A stretch of 49,287 bases of DNA from Clostridia bacterium (GCA_036659935.1 JAVXBP010000002.1:1-49287); one strand, 5' to 3'; positions 16,391 through 27,109 are shown, counted from the stretch's first letter. A program made the numbers and translations. The notes: a model not told the origin generated them from the sequence alone.

Positions 16391-17392
16391 ATGAGCAGTG
16401 AAAGTTTATTGTTTTCTACGGCGCGCATAAGTTCGGTGAGCAAAAATCTTTTGTCACAGGACAGAGTGCAGAAGTTGATGGAAGCGGGCGGTTTGGAATC
16501 GGCTGTTAAATTCTTGTATGAATATGGCTATGGCAGTGGGCTTACGCTCGCGTCGTTCCTTGAATATGAGAAACTTTTGTCAGCGGAAGAAAACAAACTC
16601 AATGACTATATCGCCGAGATTGCTCCAAAGGGCTATGGCTTCGAGACTTTCTTTTTCCGCAATGACTTCCACAATGCAAAGTTGCTCGCAAAAGAAAAGT
16701 ATGGCAATGTTACGGCGGACAAAAGTTCGTTTATGACAAAGTTTGAGCTCGATATTGACGAGTTGAAAAATCATATCATTCTCAGCGAGTTCGACAAGTT
16801 GCCACCAGAAATGGCGCAAGCTTTTGTCGCGATTGACAAAGCTTTTGGCGAACTCAAAGGCAGCCCAAATATCATTGATATCCAACTCGACAAGGCATAT
16901 TTTGTGGCGGTGTCCAACTATCTCAAAAAGTGTCGCGGAGCGAAGGTGATAAAGACTTATTTTTCCAAAAAGGTCGACCTGTCCAACGTTATCAACTTTT
17001 TCCGTTGCAAAAGGCTCGGTTTTTCTTTCGAGAAATATGCTGATATCTTTATGCCAACGGGCAGTTTTGGCGTGGAAGTTTTGAGACGGGCTTATGTCGA
17101 GGACAGCGAGAGATTGGCGGAAGTTTTCAAGCAAACTGACTTGTGGGAATTTGTCGAAGTGTGCAAAGAAAACAACTCGTCGTCCCTTGTCAGCGCGGAG
17201 ACTTTGATGGACAATATGTTGCTCAAAATTATGCGCGAATACAAATATGATATGTTTTCTATCGGTTGCATAGCCAATTATTATTTTGGAAAGTTGACCG
17301 AGATTAAAGAAGTCAAAATGATTCTCGCTTGCATCAAAAACAATGTCAAGCCAGAACAAATAAAACAAAGGTTGCGTGAACTGTATGCTTAA
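16391..17392 (+). CDS. ntpC: V-type ATPase subunit C (eukaryotic d homologue)
   Basis: 333 aa; called from operon position and length. GAGGA SD. Confidence 0.8.
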   Translation: MSSESLLFSTARISSVSKNLLSQDRVQKLMEAGGLESAVKFLYEYGYGSGLTLASFLEYEKLLSAEENKLNDYIAEIAPKGYGFETFFFRNDFHNAKLLAKEKYGNVTADKSSFMTKFELDIDELKNHIILSEFDKLPPEMAQAFVAIDKAFGELKGSPNIIDIQLDKAYFVAVSNYLKKCRGAKVIKTYFSKKVDLSNVINFFRCKRLGFSFEKYADIFMPTGSFGVEVLRRAYVEDSERLAEVFKQTDLWEFVEVCKENNSSSLVSAETLMDNMLLKIMREYKYDMFSIGCIANYYFGKLTEIKEVKMILACIKNNVKPEQIKQRLRELYA

Positions 17393-17711
17393 AGAGAAAA
17401 TTGCGGTCGTTGGTGACAAAGATTCCGTCTTGGCATTTGCGGCGATTGGTTTGGACGTGTTCGCTGTGTTGGACGTTGAAGAAGCGCGCGAAAAAGTCAA
17501 GGCGCTCGCGAGAGACTATTCAGTAATCTTCGTCACCGAACAAATTGCGGAAAAAATAAGCGCTTTGCTTGACCGCTACAAGACAAAAACCTATCCTGCC
17601 ATTATCCCGATTCCGTCGTCCGACGGCACAAACGGCTTTGGCATGAACAACATAAAAAAAGACGTAGAAAAGGCGATAGGCGCTGATATTCTTTTTAGAG
17701 AGGGGAAATAA
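17385..17711 (+). CDS. ntpG: V-type ATPase subunit F
   Basis: [22 protein letters not shown].. is typical of subunit F. ATG 17385 preferred over the GTG at 17376. Overlaps the end of ntpC. Confidence 0.85.
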   Translation: MLKEKIAVVGDKDSVLAFAAIGLDVFAVLDVEEAREKVKALARDYSVIFVTEQIAEKISALLDRYKTKTYPAIIPIPSSDGTNGFGMNNIKKDVEKAIGADILFREGK

Positions 17712-17712
17712 T

Positions 17713-19482
17713 ATGCAAGAAAAAATAGGTAAAATAATCAAGGTTTCCGGGCCGTTGATAGTGGCGGAAAATATGGCGGACAGCAAAATGTACGACGTTG
17801 TAAGAGTCAGCGAAAAGCGACTTATCGGCGAGATTATCGAGTTGCGCGGCGACAAGGCTTCTATCCAAGTTTATGAAGAAACGAGCGGACTCGGGCCTGA
17901 CGAGAATGTCTATTCGACGGGCGCGCCACTTTCTGTCGAGCTTGCGCCGGGGCTTATGGAAGGCATTTTTGACGGAATTCAAAGACCGTTGCAAAAGTTG
18001 CGCGCGGCATCGGGCGACCGCATTGCGCGCGGAATCGAGATATCCGCTATCGACCACGAGAAAAAGTGGAATTTTGTCGCGAGCGCGAAAGTCGGCGACA
18101 AGGTCAAAGCTGGCGACGTGATTGGAAGCGTGCAAGAAAATGAGATTATCTCTCACAAAATTATGATACCTTTTGGCGTGAGCGGAATTGTAGAAAAAAT
18201 CACTAGCGGAGAGTTCAACGTGCTGGAGACTGTCGCGATTCTTGCGACGGACAATGGCAAAAAAGACGTTTGTATGCTCCAAAAGTGGCCTGTCCGCAAG
18301 GGGCGTCCTTACAAAGAAAAACTTTCTCCGACAATGCCTATGATAACGGGACAAAGAGTTATTGACACGCTTTTCCCAATCGCGAAAGGCGGCGTTGCGG
18401 CAGTGCCAGGTCCGTTTGGAAGTGGCAAAACTGTCGTGCAACACCAACTTGCAAAGTGGGCTGACGCAGATATTATCGTTTATGTTGGCTGTGGCGAGCG
18501 TGGCAATGAGATGACGGACGTTCTCAAAGAGTTCCCAGAATTGATTGACCCAAAATCAGGTCAACCGTTGATGAAACGCACGGTTTTGATTGCGAACACT
18601 TCTGATATGCCAGTCGCGGCGCGCGAAGCGTCAATCTACACTGGCATTACTATCGCGGAATATTTCCGAGATATGGGCTACAATGTCGCGATTATGGCGG
18701 ACAGCACAAGCCGTTGGGCGGAAGCGTTGCGCGAGATGAGCGGACGATTGGAAGAAATGCCCGGCGAAGAAGGCTACCCTGCATATTTGTCATCGCGTTT
18801 GGCGGAATTCTATGAGCGCGCGGGCGTTGTCAAAACGCTTGGCGGAGGCGAAACAGTCGGCTCAATCACAGCGATTGGCGCGGTTTCTCCCCCTGGCGGT
18901 GACTTGTCAGAACCTGTCTCGCAAGGCACTTTGCGCATAGTAAAAGTTTTCTGGGGGCTGTCGGCGTCTTTGGCTTACAAGCGCCACTTTCCTGCGATTG
19001 ACTGGATTCAAAGTTATTCGCTCTATGCGGACAGACTTTCAGATTGGTACAGCGACAATATTGGTGACGAGTGGTTGCAATTGCGCGCGGCGGTTATGAG
19101 AATTTTGCAAGAAGAAGCGAAGTTGGACGAAATCGTGCGATTGGTCGGAATGGACACCTTGTCCCCTGGCGACCGATTGACAATGGAAACCGCAAAGTCA
19201 ATCAGAGAAGACTATTTGCACCAAAACGCTTTCCACGAAGTTGACACTTACGCATCGTTGGAAAAACAGCGCCTTATGATGGAACTTATCATCGAAAACG
19301 ACAGACTTGGGCGCGACGCGTTGGAAAAGAACGTCGATATCGAGGACGTTCTCGCGGTCAAAGTAAGAGAAAAAATTGGTCGTTCAAAATATATTGAAGA
19401 AACAAAACTTGCTGAATTTGACGATATTATGCAAGCGTTGAAAAAAGAAATGCTGGCGCTTACCACCAACGGAGGACTGTAA
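17713..19482 (+). CDS. ntpA: V-type ATPase catalytic subunit A
   Basis: Walker [10 protein letters not shown]; ..[12 protein letters not shown]..; the non-homologous insert typical of A subunits. 589 aa. Confidence 0.97.
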   Translation: MQEKIGKIIKVSGPLIVAENMADSKMYDVVRVSEKRLIGEIIELRGDKASIQVYEETSGLGPDENVYSTGAPLSVELAPGLMEGIFDGIQRPLQKLRAASGDRIARGIEISAIDHEKKWNFVASAKVGDKVKAGDVIGSVQENEIISHKIMIPFGVSGIVEKITSGEFNVLETVAILATDNGKKDVCMLQKWPVRKGRPYKEKLSPTMPMITGQRVIDTLFPIAKGGVAAVPGPFGSGKTVVQHQLAKWADADIIVYVGCGERGNEMTDVLKEFPELIDPKSGQPLMKRTVLIANTSDMPVAAREASIYTGITIAEYFRDMGYNVAIMADSTSRWAEALREMSGRLEEMPGEEGYPAYLSSRLAEFYERAGVVKTLGGGETVGSITAIGAVSPPGGDLSEPVSQGTLRIVKVFWGLSASLAYKRHFPAIDWIQSYSLYADRLSDWYSDNIGDEWLQLRAAVMRILQEEAKLDEIVRLVGMDTLSPGDRLTMETAKSIREDYLHQNAFHEVDTYASLEKQRLMMELIIENDRLGRDALEKNVDIEDVLAVKVREKIGRSKYIEETKLAEFDDIMQALKKEMLALTTNGGL

Positions 19483-19483
19483 T

Positions 19484-20875
19484 ATGTTGAAAGAATATAA
19501 AACAATCAGAGAAGTGGTCGGCCCACTTATGCTTGTCGAAGGCGTCGAAGGCGTAAAATATGACGAGTTGGTCGAGATTGCGCAAGAAAATGGCGAAACG
19601 CGCCGTGGCAAAGTCTTGGAAATCAATCGCGACAAAGCGTTGGTTCAACTTTTCGAGCCGTCGCAAGGGCTCAAGATTAGCACCGCGAAAGCAAGATTCC
19701 TTGGCAAGCCTATTCAGTTGGCTGTCTCAGAAGAAATGCTCGGTCGCGTTTTTGACGGAATGGGCAACCCCCGTGACGGCGGCGCGCCTATTATTCCAGA
19801 ACAAAGACTTGACATAAACGGTCAACCTATCAACCCGACCGCGCGCGATTACCCGGACGAATTTATCCAAACGGGAATATCCGCAATCGACGGCTTGAAC
19901 ACGCTTGTGCGTGGACAAAAATTGCCAGTTTTCAGCGCGTCAGGTTTGCCACACGCCGAACTCGCCGCTCAAATCGCGAGACAAGCGGTCGTGCTCAACA
20001 ATGACAGCAAGTTCGCCGTTGTTTTCGCAGCGGTAGGAATAACTTTCGAAGAAGCGGATTTTTTTATTCAAGACTTCAGAAAAACAGGCGCTATCGAACG
20101 CGCGGTTTTGTTTATGAACCTTGCAAATGACCCTGCGGTCGAGCGTATCGCGACACCAAGAATGGCGCTGACTGCGGCGGAATATTTGGCGTTCGAAAAA
20201 GGTATGCACGTGCTTGTAATTATGACCGATATCACCAACTATGCCGAGGCGCTGAGAGAAGTCTCCGCCGCGCGCAAAGAAGTGCCCGGTCGCCGTGGTT
20301 ATCCGGGCTACCTATATACCGACCTTGCGACAATGTATGAGCGCGCAGGTCGAATTTTTGGCAAGAAGGGCAGTATAACGCAAATTCCTATCTTGACAAT
20401 GCCAGAAGATGACAAAACGCACCCTATCCCTGACCTTACAGGTTATATCACAGAAGGGCAAATCATTCTCAGCAGAGAACTTTACAAGCGCGGTTTCAAT
20501 CCGCCAATCGACGTTTTGCCGAGCTTGTCAAGACTCAAGGACAAGGGCATTGGCGACGGAAAAACGCGAGAAGACCACGCTGACACAATGAATCAATTGT
20601 TCGCGGCTTATGCGCGCGGAAAAGAAGCCAAAGAATTGTCAGCAATTTTGGGCGATGCGGCGCTCACTGAGACTGACCGCAAGTTCGCAGTTTTCGCGGA
20701 CGAATTCGACAAGAGATATATCGCGCAAGGTTTCAACACCAACCGCTCAATCAACGAGACTCTCGACCTTGGTTGGGACTTGTTGAGACTGTTGCCACGC
20801 TCAGAATTGAAACGTATCAAAGACAAATTTATCACAAAATATCTTGGTAGCGAGGAAAAAAATGACAAGGCTTAA
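19484..20875 (+). CDS. ntpB: V-type ATPase subunit B
   Basis: 463 aa with ..[20 protein letters not shown].., ..[13 protein letters not shown]... Confidence 0.97.
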   Translation: MLKEYKTIREVVGPLMLVEGVEGVKYDELVEIAQENGETRRGKVLEINRDKALVQLFEPSQGLKISTAKARFLGKPIQLAVSEEMLGRVFDGMGNPRDGGAPIIPEQRLDINGQPINPTARDYPDEFIQTGISAIDGLNTLVRGQKLPVFSASGLPHAELAAQIARQAVVLNNDSKFAVVFAAVGITFEEADFFIQDFRKTGAIERAVLFMNLANDPAVERIATPRMALTAAEYLAFEKGMHVLVIMTDITNYAEALREVSAARKEVPGRRGYPGYLYTDLATMYERAGRIFGKKGSITQIPILTMPEDDKTHPIPDLTGYITEGQIILSRELYKRGFNPPIDVLPSLSRLKDKGIGDGKTREDHADTMNQLFAAYARGKEAKELSAILGDAALTETDRKFAVFADEFDKRYIAQGFNTNRSINETLDLGWDLLRLLPRSELKRIKDKFITKYLGSEEKNDKA

Positions 20876-21512
20876 CGTCAACCCTACGCGAATGGAACTC
20901 AGACGGCTCAAAACCCGTCTCAAAACTGCCGTGCGCGGACACAAATTGTTGAAAGATAAGTCGGACGAAATGATAAGACAGTTTATGCTCTATGTCCGAG
21001 AAAATAAGCGCCTGCGAGAAGAAGTCGAGGGCGAACTTGGCAACGCTTTGAATGGCTTTATGTTGGCGCGCTCAGTCTCTGACAACGCGACAATCGAAGA
21101 AGCAGTGCTTATGCCTGCCACCAGCGTGCAGTTGACTTGCTCAACCGCAAACGTGATGAGCGTCATCGTTCCGTCAATCGCAATCAAAGAAAACAAAGAA
21201 GGGGAAAAATATCCTTATTCTTTCGCGACTGTCACAGCCGAACTCGACAATTCTATCGCGACACTTTCCGACTTGCTCGTAAAGCTTTTGCAGTTGGCGC
21301 AAGTCGAAAAAACTTGCAATATGCTTTCTGACGAGATAGAAAAAAATCGTCGCCGTGTCAACGCTTTGGAATATGTTATGATTCCACAAATCGAAGAAAC
21401 TATCAAATATATTACAATGAAACTCGACGAACAAGAGCGAAGCAACGTGATAAGATTGATGAAAGTCAAGTCGCTTATCGCAAAGCGCGACAGCCAAAAC
21501 GCAGGCGAATAA
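20862..21512 (+). CDS. ntpD: V-type ATPase subunit D
   Basis: [20 protein letters not shown].. is the canonical subunit D N-terminus. ATG 20862 follows a GAGGA. Confidence 0.9.
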   Translation: MTRLNVNPTRMELRRLKTRLKTAVRGHKLLKDKSDEMIRQFMLYVRENKRLREEVEGELGNALNGFMLARSVSDNATIEEAVLMPATSVQLTCSTANVMSVIVPSIAIKENKEGEKYPYSFATVTAELDNSIATLSDLLVKLLQLAQVEKTCNMLSDEIEKNRRRVNALEYVMIPQIEETIKYITMKLDEQERSNVIRLMKVKSLIAKRDSQNAGE

Positions 21513-21540
21513 CGCGAGAAGAATTTTTATTTTGGAACAA

Positions 21541-21570
21541 AAAACTCTCAACGAATTGTTGAGAGTTTTT
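21541..21570. terminator. bidirectional intrinsic terminator between ntp operon and convergent GH2 gene
   Basis: Perfect 12-bp stem AAAACTCTCAAC / GTTGAGAGTTTT with a 5-nt loop; the A-run and T-run flanks could serve both strands. Confidence 0.85.
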
Positions 21571-21712
21571 CTATTATTAGGAATTCATTTTATCAATGAT
21601 ATGTCGATAGTTTTTGTTTTGGATATCATTTGCCAAGCAATATAATTTGTGTTTTTGTTTGTGAAAGTTTTGCTTGCTTTTTTATTGTTAAGTTATGACG
21701 GGGGCGTTGTTG

Positions 21713-24259
21713 TTATTTGCGACAATTTATGTGTTGCAAACAAATTTTCTTTCCGCTCAGGTCAATTCGAACATAGCGCGCTGGCGAAGTGATTGCAATT
21801 TCTATGTTTTTGGAAAGCATTTTTGTATTTTTTTGCGCCGTTACCGTCCAATTTTCTTTGTCGAGAGAGAGCGATATCGCGCACTCGAACTCCGCGAAAA
21901 ATGGCCGTCTTATTGTCATATCGCAACTGTCATAGCAATGCTCTAGGTCGAGAATGATATAAGGCGAAGTGTCATTCGTCGCAGGTCGCCACATTTTGCA
22001 ATCGCTCGCGGAAGTCAAACATAGGCTGCTGCCAAGTTGGAACTCACTGCTTGTCGTCACTGGGCGGTCATTGAGAATGTCAATATATTTTTGTTTTGGC
22101 TTGTCGAATTTGAGTTTTTCGTCTTTTACTTTTTCGCTTTTTGACTTGCCAAACCTTGTTTTCTCGCTTTCCGCAAAGTCGCTTTTGTCGGACTTTCTTT
22201 TGTCAAATTTGCTTTTTTCTGTTTTTGACTTGTCGAATTTGTATTTTTCCGCTTTTGTGGCGGTTGAGATGTCGTCAATTTTTTCTTGCGGAGCGAGCGG
22301 ATAAATTATTTCTTGTCCGCAATAATTCTCGTCGCCGACAATATTTATCGCAACAGTAGCGCTTGTCAGCCCTTTGCAAGAACATTCAATCACGCTTTCG
22401 CCACCAAAATAACCGCGCAATTCTATCGCGCACGCTCCGTCGAAAGAGCTTTTTGACGCCTCGGAAAAGAGCATTTCTTTGCCAGTTGGCAAAAGTCCGC
22501 CACCAGAGAGAACGCGCATTGTGATATCGAAGTTTCCGCGAACGCGACGGCCGTCTTTGTCGCAAACTTGCGCCACAAGAAAAGCGCCTTGCGTTCCGTT
22601 TGCGGTTATCGTTGTCGTGTCAGCAAAAAGTGTCATATGGTCGGGCGCGCCCTTGGAAGAAAAAGTCGGCGGAGCAATTCCGCGAAGCTTTTCGCGATAG
22701 GCGTACCACGCGCGCAAAGGCAGGCGGTATAAATCTACAATTCCAAGATTGCCAATGTCGGCAATACTGCCGTGGTGGAAGCCACACCAAATCGCGCGAC
22801 CTGCTCGCCAAGGATAATATTCGTCGCTGCCAGCCGTCTCATACAAGTCATATTTGCCCGGTCGATAGGCTGGAATACTGCCATATTCCGCGACTACATT
22901 TGGCTTGCTCGGGTGCTTGAAAAGCGTCGCGCCGTCGCCGTTGTAGCCTGCAATATCACCGAGAGTGTCAAAGCCACCGCGTTGAACGCCACCGATTGCA
23001 GCTGGGCGAGTAGGGTCAATCTCGTGAGAATATTCCACAAGTCGCGACACGAGTTTGCGCGCCGCAGAAAGGACTTTTTTGTCAGAGAAAAACATCTCGT
23101 TGCCCATGCTCCAACAAACAACCGACGGACTGTTGCGATTGATTCTTACCATTTCGGCAAGGCTCGCGCGCAAGCTTTGTTCGAAAGGCGCGACTTGTTC
23201 TTTGAGCAGTGGCATAGCGCTTGATTCCCAATCGCCGTCAGCCTTGAAACCGCCAATGCCCCAGAAAACGTTTTCGCTCCAGAATAACATTCCTTGTTTG
23301 TCGCATTCTCGCGCAAATTGTTCGTGGTGCGGATAATGCGAACCGCGGATAAAGTTGAAACCGCACTCTTTCATCATCGCGACGTCGCGCGCGATTGCGG
23401 TGTGCGTGACCGCGTCCCCCCAACCGCCGTGGTCTTGATGCACGTTTGCGCCGTTGAGCAAAAGGCGCTTGCCGTTCAAGAAAAAGCCCGTGTCTTTGTC
23501 CCACAAAATTGTGCGTACGCCGAAAGTCGTTTGCAACTTGTCGTCGCAAATCTCGCTTTGCAAGGTGTAAAGGTAGGGCTTGTCAGGCGACCAAAGTTGT
23601 GGGGCGGTTATCGTCAAAACTTGGCTGGAAACTTGCTTTGCAACAACGCAACTTGCCTTTGCGACAGCGTTGCCGTCTTTGTCAAGAATGGTCGAAAGCA
23701 AGGTTTGCCCAATACAATTTGTCGTCTCGGTTGATATGCAAATCTCCGCTTGAGAGTGCGCCACGCGTCTTGTTGAGACAAAAACGCCTTTCCAATCAAT
23801 GTGTTTTGTCGGGAAAGTCAAGAGTTTGACGTCGCGATAAATTCCGCCATTGAAAGTGTGTTCGCCAGCGCGCGGAGCAAGAGTGGCTTGCCACAAGTTG
23901 TTGACGCGCACAAAAAGCGTGTTTGCGCCGACTTGCGCGCAAGACGAAATATCGCAAACAAAAGCGTTGTAACCGCCCTCGTGTTTTGCGACAAATTTGC
24001 CATTGAGAAAGACTTCCGCCACTTGGAAAACACCGCCAAACTCAATACATATCGCTTGTTCTGTGTCTTTTGCTTCCAAAATCAGTTGGTGAGAATAACA
24101 GCCATAGCCAACAAAAAAGTCCTTTTCGCCATAGTAAGGAATGCCAAAACTGTGTGGCAAACCTATCGCAGAATAGTCTTGCAAGTCATTTGCAAACTCG
24201 TCGCCGACATTCTCGCCAAAGCGAAAAAGCCAATTGTTGTTGATATATTTTTCTTCCAA
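21713..24259 (-). CDS. GH2-family glycosidase with Lys-rich repeat linker and C-terminal F5/8 type C (discoidin)-like domain
   Basis: GH2 blocks NFIRGSHYPHHEQF and VCWSMGNE (acid/base Glu). TTG start at 24259 preceded by AGGAAGG. Linker KYKFDKSKTEKSKFDKRKSDKSDF..KLKFDKPKQK. No signal peptide. Confidence 0.85.
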   Translation of the reverse strand: MEEKYINNNWLFRFGENVGDEFANDLQDYSAIGLPHSFGIPYYGEKDFFVGYGCYSHQLILEAKDTEQAICIEFGGVFQVAEVFLNGKFVAKHEGGYNAFVCDISSCAQVGANTLFVRVNNLWQATLAPRAGEHTFNGGIYRDVKLLTFPTKHIDWKGVFVSTRRVAHSQAEICISTETTNCIGQTLLSTILDKDGNAVAKASCVVAKQVSSQVLTITAPQLWSPDKPYLYTLQSEICDDKLQTTFGVRTILWDKDTGFFLNGKRLLLNGANVHQDHGGWGDAVTHTAIARDVAMMKECGFNFIRGSHYPHHEQFARECDKQGMLFWSENVFWGIGGFKADGDWESSAMPLLKEQVAPFEQSLRASLAEMVRINRNSPSVVCWSMGNEMFFSDKKVLSAARKLVSRLVEYSHEIDPTRPAAIGGVQRGGFDTLGDIAGYNGDGATLFKHPSKPNVVAEYGSIPAYRPGKYDLYETAGSDEYYPWRAGRAIWCGFHHGSIADIGNLGIVDLYRLPLRAWYAYREKLRGIAPPTFSSKGAPDHMTLFADTTTITANGTQGAFLVAQVCDKDGRRVRGNFDITMRVLSGGGLLPTGKEMLFSEASKSSFDGACAIELRGYFGGESVIECSCKGLTSATVAINIVGDENYCGQEIIYPLAPQEKIDDISTATKAEKYKFDKSKTEKSKFDKRKSDKSDFAESEKTRFGKSKSEKVKDEKLKFDKPKQKYIDILNDRPVTTSSEFQLGSSLCLTSASDCKMWRPATNDTSPYIILDLEHCYDSCDMTIRRPFFAEFECAISLSLDKENWTVTAQKNTKMLSKNIEIAITSPARYVRIDLSGKKICLQHINCRK

Positions 24260-24510
24260 GTCGAACCTTCCTTTTGCGTGACAGCGACGCGGAGTATATA
24301 GTATTGTAATAATTATTATAATATAGGGGAGTTACACTTTGTATTATACGGCATCGAAAGCTTGCCGTCAATGCAAAAGCTCACGCGCGCGCAATTTTTT
24401 GTTGAGTTGTTGATTGCGGTCAAATTTTCTTGTTTGTACAATTTGGATTGTGGTCATTTTCTTGTTTGTCAAAAACTGATTGCAGTTTTTTTGGACAAGG
24501 TTGATAGTAA

Positions 24511-25125
24511 TTAATTTTCTTGTTTGTCAACGAGTGGTTGTGGTTGAGTTTTTTTGTTTGTCAGTGGCAAAAAAGTAATTTTTGCCTTGCAAAGACTGAT
24601 ATTCCGTTGTTGTTTCCAAGTGGAAACTTTGCGCTCAAGAAAGAAAATATCGGCGGCTTCCCACATAAAAACCCACGCGATTATGTCGAGAATCTCGTTT
24701 GTTATCGCGCTTGCCCAGAAGTGATTCGCAAGCAACATAAGCAAGAGAAATGCCACCCCAGCGAGCAACATAAAAGCCGCGAGAATAACGTCGCGTTTGA
24801 TATTTTGTTTTTCGGCGATATAACATTCGTAATAATGCGTCTTTATCGCTTGCGCATAGACTTGCTTTTCTTCGTCGTCAATCACATTGCTGTGAATCTG
24901 CAAGTGAATGTCCTCTTTGTAGCGCGCTGGCTTGAGCGCTTTGTCGAGAAAATTGGACGCGTCCTCGGACAGCGTTTGCGCCTCGTGATAAGAAAAGGGC
25001 GAAATAAAATTGCTATCGTCCAAAACGGTCATATTGAGCAAAAGCAAGCCGTTTTCGTCTCGTTGCTCGACGGACTTTTCCACTTCTTTGTTCATTGCGA
25101 CAATTCTTTGTATGCCTCTAAACAT
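24511..25125 (-). CDS. hypothetical membrane protein (soluble N-terminal half plus 2 TM)
   Basis: AAGGAG SD 9 nt before ATG 25125. TM segments VILAAFMLLAGVAFLLLMLLA and ILDIIAWVFMWEAADIFF. No family recognised. Confidence 0.6.
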   Translation of the reverse strand: MFRGIQRIVAMNKEVEKSVEQRDENGLLLLNMTVLDDSNFISPFSYHEAQTLSEDASNFLDKALKPARYKEDIHLQIHSNVIDDEEKQVYAQAIKTHYYECYIAEKQNIKRDVILAAFMLLAGVAFLLLMLLANHFWASAITNEILDIIAWVFMWEAADIFFLERKVSTWKQQRNISLCKAKITFLPLTNKKTQPQPLVDKQEN

Positions 25126-25463
25126 AAGCAAAATCTCCTTGTGTATAGCTTTATTATACTACAATCTCGAATATAAGAAAGCTATTTTGAACAAAATATC
25201 CTAAAATTTGCGTGTTTTGTGGCGAGATTGTTTTGCTAATAATAAATTTGTAGAATACAATCAACGAAAATATCTCAAAGAAAGTCGAAAGGGCGTCGAA
25301 AGAAAGTCGGAAACAAGCCAAAAACACGCAATAATGGAAAAAACAAAATTATTTACACATTATTTACACAATTTTAATGTTTTTTTTGACTTTTATAGAT
25401 ATAATAAGTATATGCTCTTGTAAGGCACGCTATCAATACATAAATCTTGCAAGTTGCAACAAA

Positions 25464-25577
25464 AAACGCTCGCGAAAAAGTTTTGAAATGTTGCAAAGAA
25501 AGTTAGCAAAACGCTCGCAAAAAAACTAGTGAAAAAGTTTTTAAATGTTGCAAAGAAAGTTAGCGAAAAAACTTACA
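25464..25577. repeat. ~57-bp tandem duplication in divergent promoter region
   Basis: Exact 22-mer AAATGTTGCAAAGAAAGTTAGC at 25486-25507 and 25543-25564. Each copy is preceded by ACGCTCGC..GAAAAAGTTTT. Confidence 0.7.
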
Positions 25578-25651
25578 AAAAATTCAATATTAACGCTCGG
25601 CGCGCGCAATCGCGACTGAGCAAAACTTAAAAGAAATCTCGGAGGGATATT

Positions 25652-27031
25652 ATGCACACTTCTCGCGTATGGCAAAAGGTCATTATCATAGCAATGTTGG
25701 TCGCTATGTTGGGGGCTTGCTTTCTGTTTGTGGGCTGTCAAGAAGTTGACACGTCAGGCAAATCTGCCTATCAAATCGCCGTGGACAACGGCTTTGTTGG
25801 CAATGAGCAACAGTGGCTCGCAAGTTTGAAGGGCGAAAATGTCAGCATTGACGACTTGTTTGCGAAATATTGCGAAGCGAACCCAACCGCTACTTATGAC
25901 GAATTTCTAGAAAAATATTTGACGTTGAACGCGCCAAATTCCATTCAATATGCGACAAACAAGGCTATAAGGTCGGTGGTGAGCATTTTTTCCAAGTTCG
26001 TTGTTACTCAAAATTCAATTTGGGGCGGCGCGCCAGAAACGAAAGAAGTGATGTCGGGCGGAGCGGGAGTTGTCTATAAACTCGAGAAAGACGCCAACGG
26101 AAATCGCACTGGCGGAGCTTATATTATCACGAATTATCACGTGGTCTATGAGCGCACGGCGCAAGACGATGGCTTTTCCAAACAAATCATAATCAAGCCT
26201 TTTGGCAGAGATTACAACGGCGATTATATCAAAGGAAAGGACATTCTCGCGACATATGTTGGCGGTTCGCTTGTAAACGATATCGCGGTGCTCCATGTGC
26301 AAAATGACTATTTTAAGACGGAAAACGTGCAAGAAATCGTTGTGGCTGACTCTGGCAAAGTGTGCGCTGGCGACGCGGTTGTTGCGATCGGCAACCCAAC
26401 CGGCGGTGGCATATCGGCGACGTCGGGCATTGTGAGCGTTGACTCTGAGCTGATAGAAATAGAGTTGTTGTCAGAGGCAGGGAAAAGAAACATTGTGCGC
26501 GTAATTCGCATTGACGCCGCGGTAAACGGCGGAAACTCAGGCGGTGGACTTTTTGACACCAATGGCGACTTGATAGGAATTGTCAATGCAAAAATTCAAA
26601 AAACGGGCATTGAGAATATCGGTTATGCAATTCCGTCAGTTGTCGCGACAAGCATTGCGGACAAAGTTATCGCGCGCGACTTTGACAAAGCGTTGGTGGG
26701 TATCACCACCACAATAACGCAAAGTTGGGCGGTCTTTGACAAGGCGACAGGGGAGACACATATCGAAGAAGAAGTTATCGTCGCAAGCGTTGACCCAAAA
26801 ATGTTGGCATATGGCAAACTTTCGGCTGGCGATATAATAAAGTCAGCGCAGTTGTTGAGCGCCGACGGCAAAGAAGTGGCAAACATAGTAGTCAATCGCA
26901 GTTTTGTCCTGAGCGATATGCTGTGGAAGGCGAAAATCGGCGACAAACTTGTCTTGCAAATCGAGCGCGAAGGCAATGATGTTGTTGTCGAGATGCTATT
27001 TGCGCAAGAAAATACTATCAAAATAAAGTAA
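25652..27031 (+). CDS. trypsin-like serine protease (S1C, HtrA/DegP-like) lipoprotein
   Basis: Catalytic triad contexts ITNYHVV, NDIAVLHV, GNSGGGLFD. Lipobox-like LFVGC. GGAGGG SD. PDZ-like C-terminus. Confidence 0.85.
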   Translation: MHTSRVWQKVIIIAMLVAMLGACFLFVGCQEVDTSGKSAYQIAVDNGFVGNEQQWLASLKGENVSIDDLFAKYCEANPTATYDEFLEKYLTLNAPNSIQYATNKAIRSVVSIFSKFVVTQNSIWGGAPETKEVMSGGAGVVYKLEKDANGNRTGGAYIITNYHVVYERTAQDDGFSKQIIIKPFGRDYNGDYIKGKDILATYVGGSLVNDIAVLHVQNDYFKTENVQEIVVADSGKVCAGDAVVAIGNPTGGGISATSGIVSVDSELIEIELLSEAGKRNIVRVIRIDAAVNGGNSGGGLFDTNGDLIGIVNAKIQKTGIENIGYAIPSVVATSIADKVIARDFDKALVGITTTITQSWAVFDKATGETHIEEEVIVASVDPKMLAYGKLSAGDIIKSAQLLSADGKEVANIVVNRSFVLSDMLWKAKIGDKLVLQIEREGNDVVVEMLFAQENTIKIK

Positions 27032-27053
27032 GCCAAAAACATAACAAAGCGAC

Positions 27054-27085
27054 AAAAAAAACCGCATTTTATTGCGGTTTTTTTC
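27054..27085. terminator. intrinsic terminator after protease gene (A-run/T-run flanked)
   Basis: AAAAAAA-ACCGCA-TTTTAT-TGCGGT-TTTTTT. Confidence 0.8.
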
Positions 27086-27109
27086 ATTTAAAATTTGTGT
27101 TTTGAACAG

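Noticed and set aside
25208-25423. 71-aa ORF in the divergent promoter region upstream of the protease gene.
   Set aside because: It has a non-ATG start, no SD, and AT-rich low-complexity sequence with no recognisable motif.
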